Shown: positions 38,377 to 46,786, numbered from the stretch's first letter. The stretch is DNA of 64,000 nt from Candidatus Adlerbacteria bacterium (GCA_043784925.1 JAYVXU010000058.1:1171-65170); one strand, 5' to 3'. Numbers and translations: made by a program. Notes: generated by a model from the letters alone, not told the origin.

Positions 38377-38480
38377 TCCCTATCTCGTCATTTGACACGT
38401 CCTTTCGGTGAACGCCACCAATAAGACAGTGACGCTTTCTTCAGAAGCTCACATATTACAAATCATTACGAGTTATTACT

Positions 38481-38756
38481 ATGGCTACGAAGAAAGCAGA
38501 GGTTCACTCCCCGTTTGAAGATAACACCAACTTCTTTCGCAGTTTTGACCTCGGTCTATCAGCCGCGCTCATCAGCGTCGGTTTTTCACTTGTATCGCTG
38601 GACCGCGAGGACTTTCGCAAAGTCCAGTTTGTCTTCCGCCGAGGCGACGGTATGGATGATGTCATTGATGCGTACTGGGCGAACCGTCTTGAGGTGAAGG
38701 CACGAACCTACTTTGACACGCTCAAGATGCTCAAGAACCGCCTCTACAGCGAATAG
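38481..38756 (+). CDS. Hypothetical small protein (DUF5659-like?)
   Basis: 91 aa. FDLGLSAALISVGFSL...FVFRR...YWANRLEVKARTYFDTLKMLKNRLY pattern recalled from CPR/phage small proteins. Low certainty. Confidence 0.5.
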   Translation: MATKKAEVHSPFEDNTNFFRSFDLGLSAALISVGFSLVSLDREDFRKVQFVFRRGDGMDDVIDAYWANRLEVKARTYFDTLKMLKNRLYSE

Positions 38757-38760
38757 GCGT

Positions 38761-38943
38761 ATGGGTATCGCGGATGAACATATTGCCGAGTTCCAGATGC
38801 TCTACAAAAAGCATTTTGGCAAAGACATCAGCAAAGACGAAGCTCTTGAAAAAGGGCTCCGTCTCATCCGCTTGATTGAGGTCGTGAGCCGCTCTATTGC
38901 AGATAAGCAAAACGCCGAGTCCGAAATCAACAGGGTTCCTTGA
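38761..38943 (+). CDS. Hypothetical small protein
   Basis: 60 aa from ATG 38761 (MGIADEHIAEFQMLYKKHFGKDISKDEALEKGLRLIRLIEVV). Confidence 0.45.
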   Translation: MGIADEHIAEFQMLYKKHFGKDISKDEALEKGLRLIRLIEVVSRSIADKQNAESEINRVP

Positions 38944-40160
38944 AATCTACCGACAACAACGTCAACCTTATGGATACAATCATTATCAAAATCAGCGGAG
39001 CAGAAAAATTCCAAATCAAGGGTTTTGCAAGGCCGTGGTTTCTGCCCGAACTCACGCGGCGGCGTTTTGACGAACTCTCCCCGACCGAAAAACAATCACC
39101 ACCAACGCGCCGATACTTGCGAGCTTTCCGTTTTGAGCCGCCTCCTCAAGATACCTATCTACCAAAGGTGGAGCTGTATGAGGCGCTAAATGCCGACCGA
39201 AACGAGGTACTGTACACGCTACAAGCGACATTATCGCTTCCAAAGCTCCTATACGGCAACAGTTTGCAAGAGGTATCAGAACTTGATTTTGAAAAGGTGC
39301 TCTCTGCACTCAAAAAAGCACTCTCTGGTGTCGGAATAACCCTTGAGAGCAACTCTCTTGAAAATGCTCGCGTCACAGCAGTACATTTTTGCAAAAATGT
39401 CCCTCTGCCTCCCGAGATACGGATGCAGGAGATACTCGCCGAGCTGGCTGGGGTGGATATAAGCAAAGTGGTGGACATTACTCTGAAAGAAGAAAAAAAC
39501 GGAGGACGCTGGCTCCATATCTACTCGGGCACGATAGAACGCGTATTTTACGACAAAGTCGCTGACGCAATGCGACCAAAGGTAAAGCGCAAGGACAAGG
39601 GGCGGATGGGACGCGAGCGCGGCATTATAGAGCGCCATAAGTTGCAGGACCGTGAAGTGTTTCGGTATGAGTACCGCATCAAAAAGTCGCAAACCGTGAT
39701 GCGTGAAATAAACATCGTCCTTTGCAGAGAGCCAAAAACATTTGTCGCACTCAAAGACCTCTTTGCACCCGACCTTTGCAAGGCGATATTGCTCAAGTCA
39801 TGGAGAGGTCTCATCCAACGACCTGAAAATCAGCTCGCACTTATCGGTCCAACTGACGACTTAGGACTATTGCTCCATATCATCGAGGAAGCCAAGAAAC
39901 GCGGCGGGGCGCATAGTATGAACCGCGCCCTGACCTCCTACGGGCTGGCGTGCGCCATACGCGACTATGGGGCAAAGGAGGTGCGTAGGGCGGTTTCAGG
40001 AGGATGGAACAAGGACCACGGAGAACGGCTTACCCAGAAGATACAAGCGGCAGCAGAACTGACTCGTGGCTTGCCTTATGCCAATAGTGTTGCCTTTGTA
40101 GATGCCGCTCTTGAGCGGTTTGAGTTACTCACTCCGAGATTACTGGAAGCCGCCGTATAA
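38940..40160 (+). CDS. Putative rolling-circle-type replication initiator (Rep_trans / phage gpII-like)
   Basis: 406 aa. RVFYDKVAD and FRYEYRIKK resemble the YDK / R-x-E-x-R strings of Rep_trans-type initiators (memory-based). Starts at TTG 38940 or ATG 38970. Confidence 0.4.
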   Translation: MKSTDNNVNLMDTIIIKISGAEKFQIKGFARPWFLPELTRRRFDELSPTEKQSPPTRRYLRAFRFEPPPQDTYLPKVELYEALNADRNEVLYTLQATLSLPKLLYGNSLQEVSELDFEKVLSALKKALSGVGITLESNSLENARVTAVHFCKNVPLPPEIRMQEILAELAGVDISKVVDITLKEEKNGGRWLHIYSGTIERVFYDKVADAMRPKVKRKDKGRMGRERGIIERHKLQDREVFRYEYRIKKSQTVMREINIVLCREPKTFVALKDLFAPDLCKAILLKSWRGLIQRPENQLALIGPTDDLGLLLHIIEEAKKRGGAHSMNRALTSYGLACAIRDYGAKEVRRAVSGGWNKDHGERLTQKIQAAAELTRGLPYANSVAFVDAALERFELLTPRLLEAAV

Positions 40161-41773
40161 TGACTATGGGTATGACTAAAACAGACAAAATCAAATACTT
40201 CGTCTATGTGCGAAAGTCCACCGAGGGAGAGGAGCGGCAAGCTCTTTCTATACCCGCTCAAAAGGACCAACTTATTAAAACCTTCGGACACTTGGACATT
40301 GAGTTTGTAGAGGATAAAGCAAGCGCATTCAAACCGTTCAATCGCCCCGCATTCGCTGATATGCTTGAGCGCATAATTAAAAAAGAGCGCACGGGGCTGA
40401 TTGCATGGCATCCAGACCGTCTCTCACGCAACGAGAAGGACGCTGGTGAAATAACCTATATGATACGCACTGGCGTGATAGCGGACCTCAAGCTCGCTAC
40501 CTATCAGTTTGAAAATACACCCGAGGGTATTTGGATGCTACAGATGGCACTCTCGCAGTCTCAATACGAAAGCGCAAAGAAAGGACGAGATGTTAAGCGC
40601 GGCTTGAACAAGAAAGCGGAAATGGGTGTTTACCCCGCACCTGCACCTCTTGGCTATATGAACGATAAGTACGCCGACAAAGGGTACAAGTCTATACACA
40701 CCGACCCCGAACGTTTTGACATCGTGCGGAAGATGTTTGACCTGATGCTCGCGGGCACGCACACACCGCCACGCATTTTAGATATAGCGACAAAAGAGTG
40801 GGGTTTGCGTATGCGCAATGGTAAGCCGTTGAGTAGAAGCAATGTCTACCTGCTCTTTACCCGCCCTTTCTACTACGGCGACTTTGAATACCCTGTAGGA
40901 AGCGACCAATGGCACAAGGGCATCCACAAACCGATGATTACGCGGGAGGAGTATGACCGCATCCAATTTTTGCTCGGGAGAAAGAGCAGTCCGCGTCAAA
41001 AACAGCACACGATTATGTATCGCGGTCCTATAAAGTGCGGCGGATGTGGCGCAATGATTACCGCTGAGGAGAAAGTGAAGCACCAGAAAAATGGCAATAC
41101 GCACCACTACACTTATTACCACTGTACGCGGCGCAAGGACCCGAACTGCAAAGAGCTAGCGATTGAGGAAGCGGAGCTTGAGAAACAGATTGCAAAAGAA
41201 ATCGGCTCAATAGAGATACCTGCGGACTTCACAGCTTGGGCACTGGCGCGGCTTCGCGAGATGAACGCACAAGAGGCATCCGACCGAGACCGCATCTATG
41301 GCGCACAAAGGCGCGAATACGAAACCTGTATACGTAAGATAGACAACCTCATTGATATGCGCGCTAACGGCGAACTTACCGAGGAGGAGTTCAAGGGCAG
41401 GAAGCAAACGCTTCTGTCTGAAAAAGACCGTCTCCAAGAGCTCCTCAAGGATACAGACAAGCGCGTGGAAAACTGGCTTGAGGTTGCCGAGCGTGGCTTC
41501 AATTTTGCGGAGAAAGCTGCGGCTGTTTTTGCCGAGGCGAAGGAAAACAACGACCTTGAGACGCGCAAGGAGATTTTTGCCGCGTTGGGTTCGGACCTGT
41601 TGCTAAAAGACAGAAAGTTGAGCATTGACTGGGATAATCTGCTATTCCCCATGCAAACAATGTCAAAAGAGGTCCGCTCAATTAAAGCAGGGTTAGAACC
41701 TGTAAAAAACAAAGTAAACACAAAGGATATTGGAGAAATCTACTCTCAAAATCCTATCTTGCTCCGGCGGTAG
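40160..41773 (+). CDS. Large serine recombinase (integrase)
   Basis: Resolvase catalytic domain YVRKSTEGEERQ...HPDRLSRN, recombinase domain, zinc ribbon CGGCG...YYHCTRR..C and coiled-coil. The stop TAG lies inside the tRNA-Asn T-arm. Confidence 0.9.
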   Translation: MTMGMTKTDKIKYFVYVRKSTEGEERQALSIPAQKDQLIKTFGHLDIEFVEDKASAFKPFNRPAFADMLERIIKKERTGLIAWHPDRLSRNEKDAGEITYMIRTGVIADLKLATYQFENTPEGIWMLQMALSQSQYESAKKGRDVKRGLNKKAEMGVYPAPAPLGYMNDKYADKGYKSIHTDPERFDIVRKMFDLMLAGTHTPPRILDIATKEWGLRMRNGKPLSRSNVYLLFTRPFYYGDFEYPVGSDQWHKGIHKPMITREEYDRIQFLLGRKSSPRQKQHTIMYRGPIKCGGCGAMITAEEKVKHQKNGNTHHYTYYHCTRRKDPNCKELAIEEAELEKQIAKEIGSIEIPADFTAWALARLREMNAQEASDRDRIYGAQRREYETCIRKIDNLIDMRANGELTEEEFKGRKQTLLSEKDRLQELLKDTDKRVENWLEVAERGFNFAEKAAAVFAEAKENNDLETRKEIFAALGSDLLLKDRKLSIDWDNLLFPMQTMSKEVRSIKAGLEPVKNKVNTKDIGEIYSQNPILLRR

Positions 41774-42088
41774 GACTCGAACCTACAACCAACTCCTTAC
41801 ATGTTACCCCTCATTACTGAGAGCATGGACTATATCATCATCCCAACCTAGAAAATAAGTTGTCGGATGCGAGGCGCTTCCGCTTTAATTGTTGAATTAA
41901 AGAGTACTCCCCTTCGGGATAGTCTCTACACCTTTTTTTCTCAATACTACTAGTGAGAAAAACTTGGCTCGGGATTGCCCCGCTGTTCGCGGGGTTTCCC
42001 CGAATTCACCTCGTTATTCGATCCAAATTACTTTGGAAAGCTGCGTTTATTGCCACAGGGAGCTGCTCTACCATTGAGCTACACCGGA
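41762..42088 (-). tRNA. tRNA-Asn(GUU) interrupted by a 255-nt group I intron
   Basis: 5' exon 42088-42055: TCCGGTG TA GCTC AATGGTA GAGC A GCTCC CTGT. 3' exon 41799-41762: TAA GGAGT TGGTT GTAGG TTCGAGT CCTAC CGCCGGA G. The spliced product is a 72-nt cloverleaf with anticodon loop CUGUUAA and discriminator G73. No encoded CCA. Confidence 0.85.
41800..42054 (-). ncRNA. Group I intron (IC3-like core with extra hairpins), no ORF
   Basis: Follows exon U and ends in G. Pairings by hand: P1 CUGU/GCAG, P2 CCAAA-GUAA-UUUGG, P3 CGAGGUG/CGCCUCG, P4 UCGGG/CCCGA, P5 CCCCGC/GCGGGG, P6 UUUUUCUCA/UGAGAAAAA, P7 GACUA/UAGUC, P8 CAUCC/GGAUG, P9 CUCUCA-GUAA-UGAGGG. Core strings AAUUCGGGGAAACC, CGAGCCAAG, AAGGUGUAGAGACUA and GAUAUAGUCC are present. 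Confidence 0.85.
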
Positions 42089-42173
42089 ATTTCGGCCAAA
42101 AATATTGACCAGTTAAAATTATACATGTTTATGATTCTCTCGCAAACATAACACTGGGTGTTATACTTATTAT

Positions 42174-42512
42174 ATGTTGCAGAAATTATGCAAAAAACAT
42201 GGCGAAACCAAACACTTCCCTAGAGTTGACGGTACATTCCGTTGCGGTAAATGTGCATCTGCGTGGGTTATACAGAACAGACGAAAAAAGAAAGAGCTGT
42301 TAGTAAAAGAGTTTGGGGGTAAGTGCTCACGTTGTGGATACGAAAAATACGCTGGCGCTCTGGATTTTCATCATACAAATCCAAAGAATAAAAGTTTCGC
42401 ATTAAGCGTAAAAGGACTCTCATATTCTTGGGAAAGTCTTTTACGTGAAGCTAAAAAATGTATTTTAGTATGCAAAAATTGTCATACAGAAATTGAAGCC
42501 GGTCTACAATAA
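42174..42512 (+). CDS. HNH endonuclease (free-standing, next to the intron-containing tRNA)
   Basis: 112 aa. CSRCGYE...LDFHHTNPKNKSF...LVCKNCHTEIE is the HNH beta-beta-alpha-Me pattern. Confidence 0.85.
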   Translation: MLQKLCKKHGETKHFPRVDGTFRCGKCASAWVIQNRRKKKELLVKEFGGKCSRCGYEKYAGALDFHHTNPKNKSFALSVKGLSYSWESLLREAKKCILVCKNCHTEIEAGLQ

Positions 42513-42574
42513 TTCTAGATTTTTCTCCAAATAAGCTTGGGCTTGGGTGTCAATATGTTTTATTGTCTCAATAG

Positions 42575-42940
42575 GTGGTTTTAGGTATGCTTAAACAAGA
42601 GAAGGAGTGTGTCATGTTCTCTATACTTCCAAGGATACGTAAGCAGGTATTCCCAACTACCACCACCACAAGCTCCCCACCCCCACCCAAACAAATTTGG
42701 ATCATTCTTTGCGTACGCATTCAACCTATACAATTCCGCGGTCGAAGCCTCCCCATCAGTAAAAAACATTTGTATATATGTGCTAATAAGTTGCCTAGTC
42801 TTGAAGAGGCAGAGGCAAGACGTTCAAAATTGCTAGAGAAAAAGTATAAGGGAGAAAATTTGCATATCTTCTCATACTCTGACGGTTACTTTATACCGTT
42901 TGTAATTAAAAACCGCATCCATAATGCCAAACCGCCCTAG
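42575..42940 (+). CDS. Hypothetical protein (start uncertain)
   Basis: The ORF ends inside a good terminator hairpin. The N-terminal half is low-complexity and may not be coding. Confidence 0.3.
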   Translation: MVLGMLKQEKECVMFSILPRIRKQVFPTTTTTSSPPPPKQIWIILCVRIQPIQFRGRSLPISKKHLYICANKLPSLEEAEARRSKLLEKKYKGENLHIFSYSDGYFIPFVIKNRIHNAKPP

Positions 42941-42958
42941 AGGTGGTTTTTATTTTTT
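42929..42958 (+). terminator. Intrinsic terminator
   Basis: AAACCGCC-ctaga-GGTGGTTT (one G-U pair) followed by TTTATTTTTT. Confidence 0.65.
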
Positions 42959-42997
42959 AAGATTGCCCTCTTGCCCTTCTTGCTTTATAACTTATAT

Positions 42998-43870
42998 ATG
43001 GACTACGAAGTAATTATCTACTACAAATACACCCCCATTCAAGACCCCGCCGCAGTTATGGCATGGATGCGCGCTACTTGCGAAGAGCTGCATATAAAAG
43101 GAAGGATTTTGATTGCAAAGGAAGGTATCAATGGGACCGCCGAAGGAACGAACGAAGCCATTGCTGAGTATGAAAAGCGCATGCGCGAGTTATCTCTCGG
43201 GGATTTCTCCGATATTTGGTTTAAACATAGTCCCGGAAATGGTAAAGCATTCCGGGACTTAAAAATAAAAGTACGCTCGGAAATTGTAACGCTCGGTTTA
43301 GGTGAGAAAGATGTAGACCCAACACAGTCGACCGGCACGCATATTGAGCCGCAAACACTCAAAGCATGGATAGAGTCTGGGGAAGATTTTGAGATTGTAG
43401 ACATGCGTAACGACTATGAGTTTAAAGTCGGGCATTTTAAAAACTCCATTCACCCTAAGCTCGAGAATTTTCGTGACTTACAAAAGGAACTCCCTCGCCT
43501 CGAGCCTCTAAAGCAGAAAAAAGTAGTTGCTGTGTGTACCTATGGAGTCCGCTGCGAAAAAGCATCTGCGTATTTAAAGTCAGAGGGATTTGAAGACGTG
43601 TATCAGTTAAAAGGTGGCATTGGGACTTACATGAAAACATACCCGGGTGAAGATTTTTTGGGATCACTCTACGTTTTTGATGAACGAATTTTAGAGCAAG
43701 AGTCTCCCACCTATGAAGTCGTGGGTAGATGTGAAATATGCAAAACCCCAAGTGAACATTTTGATAATTGTGCTTTTGGAGATTGCCACAAAAAGATGTT
43801 GCTGTGTGAAAATTGTCTTGAGCAAAAGTCCCCCATTTATTGCAACGAGACATGTGCGAGCATGCAGTAA
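42998..43870 (+). CDS. trhO: Rhodanese-domain protein TrhO/YceA (UPF0176; tRNA U34 hydroxylase family)
   Basis: IIYYKYTPI...IKGRILIAKEGINGTAEG N-terminal domain. Rhodanese active-site loop CTYGVRCEKAS. Cys-rich tail. Confidence 0.85.
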   Translation: MDYEVIIYYKYTPIQDPAAVMAWMRATCEELHIKGRILIAKEGINGTAEGTNEAIAEYEKRMRELSLGDFSDIWFKHSPGNGKAFRDLKIKVRSEIVTLGLGEKDVDPTQSTGTHIEPQTLKAWIESGEDFEIVDMRNDYEFKVGHFKNSIHPKLENFRDLQKELPRLEPLKQKKVVAVCTYGVRCEKASAYLKSEGFEDVYQLKGGIGTYMKTYPGEDFLGSLYVFDERILEQESPTYEVVGRCEICKTPSEHFDNCAFGDCHKKMLLCENCLEQKSPIYCNETCASMQ

Positions 43871-43933
43871 ACTTGCTAATTTTAAATTTATGAAAGCGAG
43901 CTCGGAGGATACTCGAGAGCCTTAGCACATCTT

Positions 43934-44200
43934 TTGAAGCAAGACCCTCAATTTGGGTCATCCGATGACACAGCTGTATGCATTATCTATGGACTGAGCC
44001 CTTATGCTTCGCTTAAAGGAACTCGCTACAATGAAGATGGCGTCGACCCGGATCGAAACTTTCGATGGGACTACGAAAACGTTAACCCGGACATTGGCCA
44101 ATACGAGACGTTGCTTCGTGCTGTGGTTTTTCTTTTCTTCATTAAACCCTCACCTATACAAAGTAAAGTAGAGCTTCTATGGCACTTTGGGACAAATTAG
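43934..44200 (+). pseudogene. Possible remnant of an M14/DUF2817-like peptidase gene
   Basis: YGLSPYASLKGTRYNEDGVDPDRNF resembles H-x-L-N-P-Y-G...RR-x-N-E-x-N-V-D-L-N-R-N-F of that family. There is no credible start and only about 30 aa of similarity. Confidence 0.3.
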
Positions 44201-45024
44201 GAAGTAGAGGAAATGTTGAAGACAGGCGCGCCATGGGCCCCACAGCGGTTGGCGGGGGCCTTGGGCTCACCGGCCTTGTTTTGTACCTGGTAATCAATTA
44301 CGCACTCACCGGCCAGGTGGACGTTGGTACTGCACTTAACCAATTACAACACGTACAAGTTGGGCAAACGCAAAATATTGACAAAAGCCAATTTGCAGGA
44401 CAAGACTCCTACGAAGTATTTGTGTCCACTGTCTTAGGTTCAACCAACGATATGTGGCAAAAAGTATTTACTGCAAATAATAAAACATACACACCTCCAA
44501 AATTAGTACTTTTTCGTGGCTCAACACAGTCGGCATGTGGAGGTGCAACCGCACAAGTAGGGCCCCACTATTGTCCTAATGACCAAACCATTTATTTAGA
44601 CGAAACATTTTTTGAGGAATTGACGAAGCGGTTTGGCGGCATTAAGGGTGATGTGGCGCAGGCATACGTTATTGCACACGAAGTTGGGCATCATGCGCAG
44701 CAGGAATTGGGAATTATGAAAGAGGTTGATACGCAAACTAACTCAAGCAATGCAAACGCTGAGTCGGTCAAACTTGAGTTACAAGCAGATTGTTTTGCGG
44801 GACTTTGGGCATATTCTATAAAAGACAAAGGTGTGTTTGAACCTGGCGAGATTCAAGAGGCACTCGACGCAGCTTCGGCTGTAGGCGACGATAATATCCA
44901 GAAGAAAACCCAAGGTTCAGTCAGTCCGGAAACATGGACCCACGGCTCTTCGCAAGAACGAACTTCTTGGTTTACGAAAGGATATGACACTGGGTCCCTC
45001 AGCTCTTGTGACACATTTCATTAA
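44179..45024 (+). CDS. Putative neutral zinc metallopeptidase (YpfJ family)
   Basis: MALWDKLGSRGNVEDRRAMG family-typical N-terminus, one TM, HEVGHH zinc motif. Confidence 0.85.
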   Translation: MALWDKLGSRGNVEDRRAMGPTAVGGGLGLTGLVLYLVINYALTGQVDVGTALNQLQHVQVGQTQNIDKSQFAGQDSYEVFVSTVLGSTNDMWQKVFTANNKTYTPPKLVLFRGSTQSACGGATAQVGPHYCPNDQTIYLDETFFEELTKRFGGIKGDVAQAYVIAHEVGHHAQQELGIMKEVDTQTNSSNANAESVKLELQADCFAGLWAYSIKDKGVFEPGEIQEALDAASAVGDDNIQKKTQGSVSPETWTHGSSQERTSWFTKGYDTGSLSSCDTFH

Positions 45025-46322
45025 ACATGCTTCGTATGCTCTGCTACCGCTTGTTCGGCATTTGATGCTATCGCTCCCGGAATTTTGGTTGAAGTATCTT
45101 TTTTAAGTAATGTGCTCATGCCATACAAAGCAGCAGCGACAGCGGCTACTCCCCCTATTGCAACGCCATAGCGGCCACCCATATATTCTCCTGCAAACCC
45201 AACCAAAGGGCCCCCAATCGGGGTTGAGCCCATCATAGCCATTGACCACAAAGCCATCACCCGCCCACGCATTGCAGGAGAGCTTTTGAGCTGAATCATG
45301 GTGTTCGCCAATGCTGTTACATTGATGGTAAAAAAACCAACGGCTGTCATAGAAACAACAGCAAGCAGAAGGGTTGGCATAATAGAAACAGCGAATAAAC
45401 TGAGCCCACTTAACCCCGCAAACACTATTAAATGACGTGGTGCAATGGAGCTGCGACCCGCCGAATAGAGTCCTCCGACAACGGACCCAGCACCAAGAGC
45501 GGACATAAGGAGAGCGTACTCAGGCGCTCCCCCATTAAAAACTTGTCGAGCTAAAATAGGTAGGCTAACCTGAAATTCAAAAACAAAGGTGCCGATGAGT
45601 GTCATCATAATAAGAGTATCTCGAATGAGAGGGGTGCGGGCGACGTATGCAAAACTGTCTCGTACTTGATGTTTTGTTACTTGTTGCGGTGCAGGGGTAT
45701 GAAGTTCGTCAGCTCGAATATACGCAAGGGTTATGAGGGCCCCGATAAAGGAGAAGGCGTTTACTAAAAAACAAAAAGCAATACCCACGCTGGCAACAAG
45801 AATACCACTTATAGTTGGGCCTATAACTCGAGCTAAGTTATTGACGGTCGAATTAAGACTTATAGCATTCTTCAAATGAGCGTTACCCACCATTTCGGCT
45901 AAAAAAGTTTGACGTATTGGATTATCAAATATACGGATAACCCCGAGCGCAAGCGCAAATACATACATGTGCCACAACTGCACAGCACCTGCAAATATAA
46001 GGAGGCTTAAAATTAAACTCATTATCGCTGACACTGCATTGGTGCAGTACAAAATTACTCGCTTATTGTAGCGATCTGCAACTACCCCACCCCATGGCCC
46101 CAAAAGTAACAGAGGCAAAAACTGAAGCGCCACCACAATACCTAACTGCGTGCCTGAGTTGGTAAGTTCGAGCACCAACCAGCCTTGCGCTATGGTTTGC
46201 ATCCACGTACCCGACAAAGAAATCGCCTGTCCGATAAAGTAGAGTCGATAATTTCGAATGCCAAGCGACGAAAAAGTTGTCTGCCCAATTTTTTTTATCC
46301 TATCCATATGCAATCTCTCCAC
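45021..46322 (-). CDS. MFS transporter
   Basis: 433 aa, about 12 TM helices. Loop motif GPWGGVVADRYNKR (MFS motif A-like). Confidence 0.85.
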   Translation of the reverse strand: MERLHMDRIKKIGQTTFSSLGIRNYRLYFIGQAISLSGTWMQTIAQGWLVLELTNSGTQLGIVVALQFLPLLLLGPWGGVVADRYNKRVILYCTNAVSAIMSLILSLLIFAGAVQLWHMYVFALALGVIRIFDNPIRQTFLAEMVGNAHLKNAISLNSTVNNLARVIGPTISGILVASVGIAFCFLVNAFSFIGALITLAYIRADELHTPAPQQVTKHQVRDSFAYVARTPLIRDTLIMMTLIGTFVFEFQVSLPILARQVFNGGAPEYALLMSALGAGSVVGGLYSAGRSSIAPRHLIVFAGLSGLSLFAVSIMPTLLLAVVSMTAVGFFTINVTALANTMIQLKSSPAMRGRVMALWSMAMMGSTPIGGPLVGFAGEYMGGRYGVAIGGVAAVAAALYGMSTLLKKDTSTKIPGAIASNAEQAVAEHTKHV

Positions 46323-46396
46323 TGTACGTTACTACAATGCAATTTACAAAAGCATCTCACTTGAACATCACACTTCCGTGCGTATACTAATGTAAT

Positions 46397-46777
46397 ATGA
46401 TTGAACACGTATCAGTACCGATTAGTAATTATGAAAAAAGCAAAGAATTTTACTGCAAGGCAATTACACCATTAGGATATTCACTCGTTCGAGATTATGG
46501 GCCTCAAGCCGCTGGTTTTTGTGAAAACGAATCCACGAGCTTTTGGATAGTAAAAAAGGATGAAAAAATTCAACCGATGCATGTTGCATTAGGTGCCACA
46601 ACCAAAGAAGCCGTGCAGAATTTTTATAAAGCTGGTTTAGAACATGGCGGACGCGACAACGGTGCTCCTGGTTTTCGAAAGGAATATGGAAGTAATTATT
46701 ATGCCGCATTTCTCCTGGACCCAGACGGCAATAATATAGAAGCCTGTTACTTTGGAGAAAATGCGCCACGAGAGTAA
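46397..46777 (+). CDS. VOC/glyoxalase family protein
   Basis: 126 aa. MIEHVSVPISNYEKSKEFY...HVALGA...LLDPDGNNIE. Confidence 0.85.
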   Translation: MIEHVSVPISNYEKSKEFYCKAITPLGYSLVRDYGPQAAGFCENESTSFWIVKKDEKIQPMHVALGATTKEAVQNFYKAGLEHGGRDNGAPGFRKEYGSNYYAAFLLDPDGNNIEACYFGENAPRE

Positions 46778-46786
46778 AATGTATTT

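Larger units (their letters stand above)
29481..41703. mobile_element. Integrative element (about 12.2 kb) with large serine recombinase, Rep-like gene and Type III R-M cargo
   Basis: Identical 12-nt direct repeat GTTAGAACCTGT at 29481-29492 and 41692-41703. The recombinase sits at the right edge, 58 nt from the tRNA-Asn 3' end. Cargo is typical of mobile DNA. The left end is otherwise undefined. Confidence 0.55.

Noticed and set aside
42581-42769. 62-aa minus-strand ORF (…GWGWGACGGGSWEYLLTYPWKY…), considered as a small Trp/Gly-rich peptide gene
   Set aside because: It has no start context, no terminator and no motif. It overlaps a plus-strand ORF that ends in a good terminator. It remains unresolved and is not reportable.
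43455-43961. 168-aa minus-strand ORF
   Set aside because: It is antisense to trhO. Its composition is Cys/His/Phe-rich and non-protein-like.
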